A stretch of 64,000 nucleotides of DNA. Source: Terriglobia bacterium (lineage in GTDB: Bacteria; Acidobacteriota; Terriglobia; 20CM-2-55-15). Position numbers and translations under genes: made by a program. The notes under the pieces were generated by a model, which was not told where the DNA came from, searched no databases, and saw only the letters and a program-made list of their open reading frames with translations. The stretch's first letter is position 1. Every line of letters begins with the position of its first letter. The stretch covers positions 1-64,000 of the forward strand of contig CAXWPJ010000012.1 of assembly GCA_963664115.2 (NCBI GenBank). The letters are read 5' to 3'. Below, piece by piece: positions 20,624 through 31,373 of the stretch.

Positions 20624-23257
20624 TCAGGGGATCGGCACCCGTTGCCTCAGTGCTTCAATCCAGTTTAGGACCACGGTGATGGTGTCGCTTCCGGATTGCG
20701 CCGGAATCGAGAACAAAAATCGCTGACCATCGTCCGAAGCTTCATAGGGATGCCTCCCGGTGGCGGACGGCACAGAGAATAGTGCCTCTCCCTGGCCGAG
20801 GGAAAATGATGGCGCGTAAACAACCGATACGGCTGTCAACATACCGTCATCTGCAATGTAGAACAGTTCGTCACCATCGTCTCGCCAGACGGGCGCGGAG
20901 CCACCCGTTCCGGAAACTGGAATGGGAAAACTGGAGGTCGGAAACGCGTTGACGTACACCTCGGCCCGTCCCGATTGGTCGGAGGTGTATGCAACCCAAT
21001 TTCCGTCGGGCGAGAAAACGCCCTGACTTTCCTGAAACTGCGAACTAATGTAGGGAGTGGGCTCACCGTTTTGCTGCCCATCCGCCATCGGGACGCTCCA
21101 GATGTCGCCGCCGTCCAGATACAGCACCCAGCGGCCATCACGCGACCAGTCCATCGGCCAACCGCCATTCGCTACCAGATCCACCAGAATCTCGTCCGCG
21201 CCCGGTGCTGCAGTCACATAAAGGTCGAATGCCCCCCGGCGATTGGAAGCAAACACAATCTGTTCCCCGCCTGGAGACCACACGGGGACCAGATCCCCAT
21301 CGGTACCGAAGGTCCATGGCTGGGCGACTCCGCGCGAGATGTCGAGCTCCCACACATCGTTCGTCACGGCCGTGCCGACTAGTGATGTTCGATGCATCGC
21401 AACACGCGTTCCGTCGCGGGACAGGCGAAATCCATTGTAAATGCCCGGGGGGCCAACAGTGTCCAGCACAACACCGCTCCGGTCTAACCAGGCAAGCTGG
21501 TCGTCTCCGGACACCTGATATGCGAGGATGCCGTTGTCAGACGCAGAAAATAACACTGGAATCGTGCCACTGAGGTTTCGGACTTGGTCAGCTACGTCCA
21601 AAACAGGCCCCGTCAATTCGAGTCTATCGGGATCGAACCTTTGCGCCACCAGCGTCGTACCGCGCCGAAACAAGAGATAGCCGCTTTCGGAAGACACGTT
21701 GGACGGGACGTACGTTGCCGTGGTGAGGTCAGGAAGAAGTTCGATGGTTTCGCCGCCGTCGACCGAACCCACGCGGAGCCCCCCGCTGGCGGTGGCCTCA
21801 CGGTAGGTGAAAAGGAAATGCCGACCGTCCGGCAAGAACCATGGATCGCGGGGAGCCCTTCCGAGACCGGATAACCTCAATGGCTCGGGAGGCGTCTGGC
21901 CGGCTTCGTCCACCTGGTAGATTGCTCCAGGGCCGCTAAAAACGATCACGCCATCGTCGTTCCACGTTGCACCGTTATTAGCACTCAGGTCACGGATGTT
22001 GGCCACGAATGAAGTCGGGCCACCCGAGACAGGGGCTGTCCTTATCGCGCCATCCGCCAAAAAGCCGATCCTCGTGCTGTCCGGCTTCCAGAACGGTTCG
22101 CTGGCTCCTTCCGTGCCGGGCAGTGGACGCGCTTCGGGTGAGTCGAGCGCCTGCACCCAGAGCCGACGGTTCCCACCGGATATAGCAAGCCCACCGGATA
22201 TAGCAAGATAGCGGCCGTCAGGAGACAGCTTGAACCGGACTGCGCCTGAGAAAACATCCGGAACGGGCACGGTGAAGCGCACCATCCGTTGATCACTCGG
22301 ATCTTGACGGAAGTACACCAAAGCTAGAGCTGCCAAGGCGATCAGAAGTATTACAGCAATGGACCACGCAATGCGCGAAGAGCCGCTTCTCACCGACACG
22401 GAATCTGATTGAAGGGCAGTCGTTTCGCCTTCCTCGATCGTTAGCCGAATATCGCCGACCGCCTGCCATCGCCTGCGCGGGTCTTTGCGCAAACATTTTG
22501 CAATGATCGACCGAACGCCGGCAGGCGCGCGTTCCAACGCCGGAGTCCCAGCGATCACGGATGCGAGGATCTCCGGTGGGGCGTTACCCGGGAACAGCTT
22601 CTCGCCGGTCGCCATTTCATACAGCACGGCCCCGAAGGCCCACACGTCGGAGCGATGATCGACGGGCTTGCCGGTGGCTTGTTCAGGAGACATGTAGGCG
22701 GCCGTTCCCAAAAGCACGCCCGCCTCGGTGGCCGCCATACTGAGGGTGGGAGAGTTCGACAGACTGGCATTCCCTTCGTCACCCGCGAACGCTTTCGCTA
22801 ACCCGAAATCCAGCACTTTTACTTTTCCCTCAGGCGTTACCTTGATGTTCGCGGGTTTGAGATCCCGATGGATAACGCCCTTTTCGTGGGCGGCTTCGAG
22901 AGCCTCTGTGATCTGGAGCGCCAGCTTCAGGGTTTCTTCGACGGGGATCGCACCGCGCTTGATGTGATCGGCAAGCGTGTCGCCTTCGACAAGTTCCAAG
23001 ACGAGGAAGTGCGTCCCGTTGTCTTCTTCAAACCCGTGAATGGCTGCAATGTTCGGATGGTTGAGTGATGCCAGCGGCTTCGCTTCGCGTTCAAAACGTG
23101 CGAGCCGGTCGGCATCCTTCGCAAACTCTTCAGGCAGGGTCTTAATAGCGACTTCACGCCCGAGCTTCGTATCCCGCGCACGCCACACTTCGCCCATTCC
23201 ACCCTTACCCAAGAGCGTTGAGATCTCGTAGTGACCGAGTTTGGTGCCAAGTTCCAT
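20624..23257 (-). CDS. Hanks-type Ser/Thr protein kinase with TM helix and TolB/PD40 beta-propeller
   Basis: GKGGMG, VAIK, HRDLKPANI, DFG, YMSPEQ; TM at IAWSIAVILL; repeated SPDG/WSxDG blades. Confidence 0.93.
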   Translation of the reverse strand: MELGTKLGHYEISTLLGKGGMGEVWRARDTKLGREVAIKTLPEEFAKDADRLARFEREAKPLASLNHPNIAAIHGFEEDNGTHFLVLELVEGDTLADHIKRGAIPVEETLKLALQITEALEAAHEKGVIHRDLKPANIKVTPEGKVKVLDFGLAKAFAGDEGNASLSNSPTLSMAATEAGVLLGTAAYMSPEQATGKPVDHRSDVWAFGAVLYEMATGEKLFPGNAPPEILASVIAGTPALERAPAGVRSIIAKCLRKDPRRRWQAVGDIRLTIEEGETTALQSDSVSVRSGSSRIAWSIAVILLIALAALALVYFRQDPSDQRMVRFTVPVPDVFSGAVRFKLSPDGRYLAISGGLAISGGNRRLWVQALDSPEARPLPGTEGASEPFWKPDSTRIGFLADGAIRTAPVSGGPTSFVANIRDLSANNGATWNDDGVIVFSGPGAIYQVDEAGQTPPEPLRLSGLGRAPRDPWFLPDGRHFLFTYREATASGGLRVGSVDGGETIELLPDLTTATYVPSNVSSESGYLLFRRGTTLVAQRFDPDRLELTGPVLDVADQVRNLSGTIPVLFSASDNGILAYQVSGDDQLAWLDRSGVVLDTVGPPGIYNGFRLSRDGTRVAMHRTSLVGTAVTNDVWELDISRGVAQPWTFGTDGDLVPVWSPGGEQIVFASNRRGAFDLYVTAAPGADEILVDLVANGGWPMDWSRDGRWVLYLDGGDIWSVPMADGQQNGEPTPYISSQFQESQGVFSPDGNWVAYTSDQSGRAEVYVNAFPTSSFPIPVSGTGGSAPVWRDDGDELFYIADDGMLTAVSVVYAPSFSLGQGEALFSVPSATGRHPYEASDDGQRFLFSIPAQSGSDTITVVLNWIEALRQRVPIP
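22172..22207. repeat. 18-bp in-frame tandem duplication in kinase (LAISGG x2)
   Basis: CCCACCGGATATAGCAAG twice. Confidence 0.8.
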
Positions 23258-23354
23258 GTTTAAAGTGTGTCGCCGAAAATGCCGTCAAAAACTCGGTAAA
23301 GGATACTAAGGCAGGAAGTTAGGCGCTATCAAATTCTCAAGTCCTGAGAAACGA

Positions 23355-24603
23355 GGTGGTCTCAACAGATCGATGCAACACTGTACCTAAAAGGAGGAGG
23401 TGGAGTGTATGCGTAAGAAACGACGGAAGAAACAGAGTAAAGACCGGGTGCGGCGAGGCTACACACTCGCCGATATAGACGAGGTGTGGATTCGCTGGCA
23501 GCGGGGAGAGAGTCTGAAAGCGATCGGACGTGTGTTCGGAAAGGAGGGCTCTTCGGTTTATGGTCAGATCGCACCGTATGGTGGAATCTGTCCCAGGACA
23601 CGATGCCGCTCTAAGCGGGCGCTGACCCTCGCCGAGCGTGAAGAGATTTCCCGAGGCATTGCCGCCAAGGGATCGATCCGTTCAATTGCCGCCTCGCTGT
23701 CGCGTGCACCCTCCACAGTCAGTCGGGAGATCGGTCGCAATGGGGGCTATGATAACTATCGAGCGTTGGAGGCGGATGAACGCGCATGGGAACGGGCTCA
23801 CCGCCCGAAGAGATGTCGACTGATCCGCTATCCCAGCTTACGCGGGATCGTCGAAGAGAAGCTCCGGGAGGATTGGGCACCGCGACAGATTGCGGGTTGG
23901 CTGAAACGCGAATATCCAGACGACGAGTCACTTTACGTGTCACACGAAACGATCTATCGCAGCCTTTTCATCCAGGCCCGCGGGGCTCTGAAGAAAGAAC
24001 TGACACAGCATCTACGGACCAAACGCACGATTCGCCGGTCCCGGCATGCCAGTCGCAAAGGCCGGGGTGGCGGGCAGATCCCGGATCTGATATCGATCCG
24101 TGAGCGCCCGGCTTCGGTTGAAAATCGCGCGGTCCCCGGACACTGGGAAGGGGATCTCATAGCGGGTTCGAACAACACCTACATTGCGACATTGGTCGAA
24201 CGTTTCTCCCGGTACGTGATGCGGGTGAAGGTTCCGAATAAGGAAACCGAAACCGTCATCAACGCGCTGATCGAACACGCAGACAAACTCCCGACCGAAC
24301 TCTATAAAACACTGACCTGGGATCGCGGATTGGAAATGGCCAATCACAAACGGTTCACTCTGGCCACCGACATTGCCGTTTACTTTTGCGATCCGAGGAG
24401 TCCCTGGCAACGGGGTTCGAACGAAAACACGAACGGTTTGCTCCGACAGTATTTCCCTAAAGGTACGGACTTGTCGGTTCACTCACAGGAGCATTTGGAT
24501 ATGATCGCAAGGAAGCTCAACGGGCGACCTCGTGAGACGCTGGACTTCGCTAATCCGGCAGAGACATTAAACGCAGGTGTTGCTTCGACCGGTTGATCTG
24601 AAT
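23355..24603 (+). mobile_element. IS30-family element (diverged from the first copy)
   Basis: 26-bp imperfect IRs; 2-bp duplication GA. Confidence 0.88.
23409..24596 (+). CDS. IS30-family transposase
   Basis: Same motifs as 4354-5535. Confidence 0.93.
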   Translation: MRKKRRKKQSKDRVRRGYTLADIDEVWIRWQRGESLKAIGRVFGKEGSSVYGQIAPYGGICPRTRCRSKRALTLAEREEISRGIAAKGSIRSIAASLSRAPSTVSREIGRNGGYDNYRALEADERAWERAHRPKRCRLIRYPSLRGIVEEKLREDWAPRQIAGWLKREYPDDESLYVSHETIYRSLFIQARGALKKELTQHLRTKRTIRRSRHASRKGRGGGQIPDLISIRERPASVENRAVPGHWEGDLIAGSNNTYIATLVERFSRYVMRVKVPNKETETVINALIEHADKLPTELYKTLTWDRGLEMANHKRFTLATDIAVYFCDPRSPWQRGSNENTNGLLRQYFPKGTDLSVHSQEHLDMIARKLNGRPRETLDFANPAETLNAGVASTG

Positions 24604-24726
24604 GACATTGTCGGACGTTGAGAATTGGCGAGCTTCGAGTGTCGCCGTAAACAATTGAAAAAGAATGAGATAAGGTCCATTGGAGGCCAATCGAGGGACG
24701 GTAAGCGAAAGTAGGGCGGCGATGAG

Positions 24727-24852
24727 TTACACGTCGAAGGTGTTGCCTTCTCTGTGATTCCCTCTGAAAAACCGGTTGTAGCCCTCTCTGCCAACCATGC
24801 CGACGATGTACGCGGCAATGACAGCCGAGATCAAGAGTTCGGTGATTTCCAT
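24727..24852 (-). CDS. Possible 41-aa single-TM peptide
   Basis: MEITELLISAVIAAYIVGMVGREGYNRFF...DV*; weak RBS. Confidence 0.3.
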   Translation of the reverse strand: MEITELLISAVIAAYIVGMVGREGYNRFFRGNHREGNTFDV

Positions 24853-24994
24853 GTGCGGATTCTATGGAGGGGCCGGAACGGAGCCAAGTTGACAATACCA
24901 TTAGCCGGATAGCTGGGGGCGGATCGTGCCAAAACATCTAACGCTCGAGTGCTCTGCCCCTGTCCTGGCACTCGCCAGTCAGGGGCAAAGAACC

Positions 24995-27088
24995 CTACTG
25001 AACCTCAAAAGCCTCCGGGACGTGAAAGGTCAGAACCGCGTTCAGAGTCTTATCGGTGACGATGACATTCTGATGCTCTATATCAAGCGCCACCCCCCGC
25101 CCGTCCTTCAGCACCCCATTGGGACCGCCGATGGTAAAACGGGGAGGCACTTCACCGTCGTCATAGACACTCCAGACACCCACGTAATCGAGGGCGTCGT
25201 GTCGGTCTCCACCGCTGATCTTGACGAAGATCATTCCGTTCTCTGAATTGATTGCCATCAGGCCGGTGCCCCTCCTGCCCACATCCTGAGGCACGGAAAT
25301 CACTCCGCGCGGTTGGGCTCTTCCTGAGGCCGTTCGGTCATAAATATGCAGTTGCGGGCCTCCTGAGACAACCAGTAGATTACGGACCGGATCGACGGCC
25401 ACCCGACCGGGCGTCTTGTCCAACTCCAGGATGCGCATGGGTGCGACATCCCCATTCGCCTCCCTCGGAAAGACCAGTATCCGGTTGTCACCGTGTCGTC
25501 CTGGAACGTAAATCTCGTCGTGGACCGGGTCCACCGCTACCGCATGTGTGTTTTTCAACTGCGTGCTGGGTCCCATTATTGTTCGAATCGGCGCCACGTC
25601 TCCGTCTGCATCGCCACTGAAGGTAAGGATGGCGAATGCAAAGAACTGAGGCACGATGATCTCGTCATGAATCGGGTCGTAGGCCATATCATGCATGGTC
25701 CGGGTAAAGAGCGTGTTCTGACCCGCGATTTCCCGTGTGGGCTGTGCTTCACCGTTCGCCAACCTGGCGAATGCCGCAACTTGCGGATGGCCCACTCAGT
25801 TGGCGACGAGAAGCTGGTCCCGTTTGGAATCGTAGGCCACCGTGTGGGCATTGCTCAGCATGGGCGACGGAGTGTCGGCCGGCCCGCTTCTGATCACCCT
25901 TTTCGGGGTTGCATTTCCTTCTGCGTCCAATTCGAAGACCGTCGCCGAATGACTTCCGAAGTTGGCCACCCAGAGCTCGTCATTCTCCAGGTCAATGGCG
26001 ATGCCGGTTGGATTCCGGATCATGGTCAGAGGGCCGCTGATCACCCGTAGAGGAGCCACATCCCCGTTGGCATCCGCGCTGAAGACAATGACTGAGTGCC
26101 CGGTGTCATTGGCAACAAAGATCTCCCCGCGATCGGGATGCACTGCCAGAGCGGTCGGCCAGTTCATCTGAGTCCTTGGGCCCTCAATGACACGCAATGG
26201 TGCGGTGTCTCCTTGAGCGTCCTTAGGGTAGACCGTGATTGAGGGAGGTTTAATCTTTCCTGATCCTGCGAAAGCACGGGCACGTCCGACCGGAAAATCG
26301 GATCGGTTGTGCCGGTCGTCGCCACCCCCGCCTTCTGACAGGGGCGGCCTTTCGTTGTAAGTGCCCCAGTTGGACACGAAGATTTCATCCCGCCGGGTGT
26401 CCAGGGCAATTCCATGAGGATCCGCCAACTGAGTGCTGCTGCCCTGAAGGATTCGGATAGGGCTATCCTCATCTTTGGCCTCTTTCTCGAACACCACCAC
26501 AGCGTGATCGTCTTGAATCGTGAGAAACAGCTCCTGCTCTTCTTCGTCGACCACCACTGCGAAGGTCGTGTGGGGAGTCCTCAACTTGCGCTTGGGCGCA
26601 ACGTTCCCCTCGGCGTCCCGGCCAAAGACCGGCATCCAGTTCATGGTGTCGTTATTGATTCCGTAAATGTCGCCGCTGGCGGGATCAACATAGACGCCGC
26701 AGGCATACTCAAGAAAAGTCTCCTCTCCCCCGATGATCCTCTTGGGTTCCGTCAATGTTGCCTGCGGAGGAGTATTGGAGAGGCGGTCATAGACAACCAG
26801 ATTGGAAACATTCTCCTCCGCGATGACGACTTCGTTACGGATCGGATCGACCGCAATACCCGCAAAACCGAAGTAGCGGTCCCTGACTATGGAGATGGGC
26901 TCCCTGTTCGCCACCGCTTCCCTGACTTCTTCGCTGGGGCGGGGTGGAGCCAGTGTTGTGCGGTCTCCCTGAGACTGCGGAGCAGTCGGGCCGGATAACA
27001 CCAGGCCGGTCGAAACCAGAAGGGCCGGAAGGAAGAGCAGTAACTTCTTCGGGCGGCGGCAGAATGAAGAGATCCAGCGAGCGGTCAT
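24995..27088 (-). CDS. Secreted multi-blade beta-propeller (NHL/YncE-like), paralogue A; in-frame TGA at 25796-25798, putative selenocysteine
   Basis: ORFs 25796-27088 and 24995-25795 are in the same frame, separated only by TGA; repeated PxRxIxGPxTxLxxPxGIAxD blades on both sides. Confidence 0.7.
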
Positions 27089-27676
27089 GATTGTTTGCCT
27101 CCTGTCTTGCGGTAGTCGTGCCGACTATTCCTCTAAGAGTATAGTAGGGGCATCAAGAGCGGGGCTCAAGCGGAATCGAACAGCGTGCAGGCTGGAACTA
27201 ATTTGCCTATCCCGGCCGAATCCTGAATCTGTCGATAGCGGTCAATCAGAATGATGCTGACGGCGAACACGGGGCGGATCAACCGGGACCAGGAATTATT
27301 GCGGGACCGTAGAGCCGCCAGTCGGTCTGACTATCCGGGCGCTGGATCGTGGGAACACATGGCCTCGGCGGCTTCGGTCTCGGGCGCGACAGGAACGATC
27401 TGCGAACGCCATTTCGCCACCGGCGCTGCACAGGGATGCGGGCGATGGTACTCTCTGTAATTCTTGTTCGTTCTTCATGAAGTGTGGGTATACTGGCCGC
27501 AACAAGAGAGCATTCACAACTGAAAGTCACGTTCTGAAGCGGTTCTCCGGCAGGGAGGCCCACCTCATTTTGTCTTGGAGGGCACACGTGGCGTGGCGCC
27601 TGGGCAATGGATTGGAACCGGGTCACAACTGGACAACTTTCGATCTATCGATCGCATGCAAAACTGAGGAGGAAAT

Positions 27677-30600
27677 ATGGCAGCTACATGGAATTGCTTC
27701 TTGAAGTACCTACGACCTTTGAAATTCAGCATCTACACACTGATTCTGCTCCTGACGGTGACAACGGGAACGGCTTCGGCCCAGCTGACATCGGGCACGA
27801 TCACGGGGACCGTTACCGACGAATCGCAGGCCCTCATTCCCGGTGTCGACGTAACCGTCACAAACCCGGCCACCGGGCTGACGCGCGATCTCGTCACGAA
27901 TGAGGTCGGACGTTACGAAGCCCCGAATCTGCCCATCGGCACCTATGAAGTGACGGCCGCGCTGCCCGGTTTCGGCACAGCGATCCGACAGGGTGTCGCA
28001 TTGACCGTCGGGCGGACGGCCGTCATCGACATTGTCCTGCAAGTGGGCCAGGTGGCCCAGACCATCGAGGTCCAGGCCGACGCGCTCATGGTCGAAACGA
28101 CACAGGCAACCGTCGCACACCTGATCGACCAGCTGGAAGTCGAAAACCTTCCGCTCGTTAACCGCGACCTGACCCAACTCGCTTTTTTGCAACCCGGCAT
28201 CCTGAAGGTTGGCAGCTCGGGCGACCAGGGCGTGTTCAGCGGGATGGGTGACAAGTTCAGCGTGGCCGGCGCTCGCGGCACGCAAAACCTGTTCCTGCTC
28301 GACGGCGTGTCCAATCAGGACTTGTCCGGCAATGCCCAAGGCGTTTCCGGTGCCCTCATGGGCGCCGAGACGGTGCAGGAGCTCCAAATCATCACGAACA
28401 ACTACTCGGCGGAATACCGCAGCGCCGCGGGCGGCATTGTCAGTGCCGTCACCAAATCCGGCACGAACGAGTGGCACGGCTCGCTTTTCGAGTTTTTCCG
28501 CAACGAGGCCCTGAATTCCGAAAACTACTTCGACAAGGAATTCGGGAATCCAAAGCCGAGATTCAGACAGAACCAGTTCGGTGGCTCCGTCGGCGGGCCA
28601 ATCATAGCGAACAAGTTGTTTTTCTTCGGCAGCTATGAGGGATACCGGCAGGAAAAAGGCGAAACCGACACCGTGAACGTCCCGAGCCTGAACGCGCGCG
28701 CGGGGAGGTTGGCCGATGGTACGGTGGTTGACATTAACCCTACGGTGCTGCCCTACCTGAATCTCTACCCGGTACCCGGGCAGGGAAACCAGATTGTCGA
28801 AGACCTCGGCGACCGGACGCTGATTGCCGGCACGCGGCTCGAGCCCGCGAACAACAACTTCTTTCTCACTAAGCTTGACTACGAGGTCAATGCCGATAAC
28901 AGGATCTCGGGAACCTACAACTTCGACAAGGGAGATCGATCGCCCCTTGGCCTTCTTGCGGACACGAACGCGCAGGGAATAACCAGTCGAAAGCACCTGC
29001 TCGGAACCAAGTGGACGAGTGTCCTCTCCAGTAACTCGGTCAACGAATTCAACTTCAGCTACGCCGATAGTGAGCCCGGGGGCGCCATCCCACTGAGCGA
29101 CCGCGATTTCGAAGCAGAGGGACTGATTTTCCGCGAGAACCGGACGAAGATGGGCCAGATTGCGATCTCCGGCGGCTTCAGCAGCATTGGCTACCGCGTG
29201 GATCCATCATATTACCGGCAGCGGACCTACACTCTAAAGGACGGCTTTTCCCTGATCCGGGGTGACCATTCGTTTCGGGTGGGGGGCGAGTGGACGTATT
29301 TCAACTACAACATGGAGTCGTGCAGTCGTGGCTGCAACGGCATCTTTAGCTTCAGGAGCATGGAGCATTTCCTGGAGGGCATTCCGCGGCGATTCGAGGT
29401 GATGCTCCCGGGTGGGGACAACAAGCTCCGCGATATGGGCCAGCACCTCCTGGGGCTTTACTTCCAGGATAACTGGCGGGCCACGGACACGCTCACGTTT
29501 AATTTAGGCGTGCGTTACGAAACGGCCAGCGTCCCCACCGAAGTGGATAACAAATTCTCCAATCTGGAGAATTTCTTCGCCGACGAGGTCACCTTGGGCG
29601 TTCTCTATGACAATCCAACAAAGAAAGCTTTCAGTCCGCGTGTCGGTATCGTGTGGGCGCCGAATCAGAACACCTCGATCCGTACCGGCTTCGGTATATT
29701 CTACGAGCACCCCATGCTGTACAACATCCGGACAGCGCTGCAGGAGCTGCCGCCTTTTACGCAGGTGGGCCGCATCGATGACCGCCGTATCCGAAGGGCC
29801 ATCGGTGAGGAGATCGACTTCCCCAATGCCTTCTCTACACAGATCGACCAGGCGAGCGCCCGGACGAACATTCGCACTTTCCAGAAGGAACTGGACCTGA
29901 CGTATATTTACCGCTGGAACCTCACCATACAGAGACAGTTTGCGAACGATTTTATGGCATCGGCGGAATATACAGGATCGCGCGGCCTGCATCTCTGGAA
30001 CCAGTCGTCCGCAAACCTCAACCGATGGGAGGGTTGGCCGGAACAGCCGCCGCCAGGCACGGACAAGTTCTTCCCCGAGGGCAGCGATTCAATTAATCCG
30101 AACTTTGGAGAAATGCGGTTCCAAAGCACGGCCGGCAACGCCTACTACCACGGTGGAGCCTTTGCGCTCCAATACCGGCCGACTACGGGGCCTCAGTTCA
30201 GCGCGACTTTTAACTATTCGAAGGCCATTGACGACGGTTCCGGCGTCACCAGCGGTGGCGATGAACTGCAGCAGTCCCAGCGTGGCATGTATCTCTGGGA
30301 TTTTGACAAAAAACGAGGCCTGTCATCCTTTGACATTCGGCGGTCGTTCACGATGAACGGCACGTACGCGCTTCCGTTTGGCGACCAGCTGACCGGTCCC
30401 GCGGGCGTCATCGGCCGAGGTTGGCAGCTCAATGGCGTGGCGACGGTGTCGGATGGGTATCCCGTGTCTGTGCGCGAATCCAGCGGTGATCAGGAAGATC
30501 GCATCGGCGATGATTCTGATTTGCGGCCGGACCTGATTCCCGGCGGGCACACGAATTCGACCGGCGATCCCAACCGTTGGGTCGATGTCTCGCAGTTCAC

Positions 30601-30883
30601 ACCGACGAGGCTCGGATACTTCGGCAATCTGGGGCGTAACACGGTGACCGGTCCGGGTCTGGTGAACGTGGATCTCTCGTTCTTCAAGAACACCGATCTC
30701 TCTGAGAGCACGAGCCTCCAGTTCCGGGTCGAGACGTTCAACCTGTTCAACCGCAACAACTTCGCAACCCCGGATGACATGAACGCCTTCAGAGACGGGG
30801 AGGTGAATCCAAACTTCGCCCGTATCACCCGAACGCAGACACCCGCGCGGTCGATTCAGCTGGGGTTGCGGTTCACCTTCTAG
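27677..30883 (+). CDS. TonB-dependent receptor with N-terminal carboxypeptidase regulatory-like domain
   Basis: Signal peptide; GTITGTVTD, LPLVNRD, TKSGTN, NQFGGSVGGPI, C-terminal QLGLRFTF. Confidence 0.92.
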   Translation: MAATWNCFLKYLRPLKFSIYTLILLLTVTTGTASAQLTSGTITGTVTDESQALIPGVDVTVTNPATGLTRDLVTNEVGRYEAPNLPIGTYEVTAALPGFGTAIRQGVALTVGRTAVIDIVLQVGQVAQTIEVQADALMVETTQATVAHLIDQLEVENLPLVNRDLTQLAFLQPGILKVGSSGDQGVFSGMGDKFSVAGARGTQNLFLLDGVSNQDLSGNAQGVSGALMGAETVQELQIITNNYSAEYRSAAGGIVSAVTKSGTNEWHGSLFEFFRNEALNSENYFDKEFGNPKPRFRQNQFGGSVGGPIIANKLFFFGSYEGYRQEKGETDTVNVPSLNARAGRLADGTVVDINPTVLPYLNLYPVPGQGNQIVEDLGDRTLIAGTRLEPANNNFFLTKLDYEVNADNRISGTYNFDKGDRSPLGLLADTNAQGITSRKHLLGTKWTSVLSSNSVNEFNFSYADSEPGGAIPLSDRDFEAEGLIFRENRTKMGQIAISGGFSSIGYRVDPSYYRQRTYTLKDGFSLIRGDHSFRVGGEWTYFNYNMESCSRGCNGIFSFRSMEHFLEGIPRRFEVMLPGGDNKLRDMGQHLLGLYFQDNWRATDTLTFNLGVRYETASVPTEVDNKFSNLENFFADEVTLGVLYDNPTKKAFSPRVGIVWAPNQNTSIRTGFGIFYEHPMLYNIRTALQELPPFTQVGRIDDRRIRRAIGEEIDFPNAFSTQIDQASARTNIRTFQKELDLTYIYRWNLTIQRQFANDFMASAEYTGSRGLHLWNQSSANLNRWEGWPEQPPPGTDKFFPEGSDSINPNFGEMRFQSTAGNAYYHGGAFALQYRPTTGPQFSATFNYSKAIDDGSGVTSGGDELQQSQRGMYLWDFDKKRGLSSFDIRRSFTMNGTYALPFGDQLTGPAGVIGRGWQLNGVATVSDGYPVSVRESSGDQEDRIGDDSDLRPDLIPGGHTNSTGDPNRWVDVSQFTPTRLGYFGNLGRNTVTGPGLVNVDLSFFKNTDLSESTSLQFRVETFNLFNRNNFATPDDMNAFRDGEVNPNFARITRTQTPARSIQLGLRFTF

Positions 30884-30940
30884 CAGCAGGGGTGGTGGCG
30901 CTCCAGAGCGCCATTACATCAAAGCGCAAGTGTGGCTGCC

Positions 30941-30974
30941 GTACGACCCAAATCGGTCCCGATTTGGGTCGTAC
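30941..30974. repeat. Perfect 16-bp-arm palindrome (REP-like)
   Basis: GTACGACCCAAATCGG-TC-CCGATTTGGGTCGTAC. Confidence 0.75.
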
Positions 30975-31058
30975 AAGTCGCGAGCGAGCGGGCAGTCCCG
31001 CTAAGACACTCTTTCTCGAACAGACACTCTCCAATTAAACCGCCATATGGTAGGGCGC

Positions 31059-31189
31059 GGTACTGTCAAGTTAAGCTATTTGTTGGCGTTCCCGCCGCAA
31101 TCTGCCACGTCTAAGTCATTGATTCTTGGTCTTGGCTCCAGCAGAATCTGTCCCTAAAATGGACGGGTTCTCCTTAACTTGACAGTACC
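31059..31189. mobile_element. 131-bp IS6-derived MITE
   Basis: Perfect 17-bp IRs GGTACTGTCAAGTTAAG, matching the IS6 end at 38736. Confidence 0.7.
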
Positions 31190-31373
31190 TCCCGCTCCAG
31201 AGTTCCAAGCAGGTCCGACATGGGACTGCTTGATTGGAAGGTGAAATCGCGTCTATGTCCGTCCATCGTCGACAAAGAGCGTGCAATGAACCCGGCTGAA
31301 GATATAGCATTGAATGGACGAGTCTAGAAGAACGTCTCACACGCTACTAACGAAGATAGCCACGGAGTTTAAA

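Larger units (their letters stand above)
23334..24624 (+). repeat. dif-like site S5, interrupted by IS30
   Basis: Reconstituted TTCTCAAGTCCTGAGAA-ACGACA-TTGTCGGACGTTGAGAA. Confidence 0.8.

Noticed and set aside
27089-27676. Cobalamin or other riboswitch upstream of the TonB receptor
   Set aside because: No B12-box or other recognisable core motif by eye; a cmscan would be needed to exclude it fully
252-28996. Long overlapping or antisense ORFs (e.g. 252-1310, 1694-3076, 8157-9395, 15286-16338, 27710-28996)
   Set aside because: Shadow frames of GC-rich genes with no motifs
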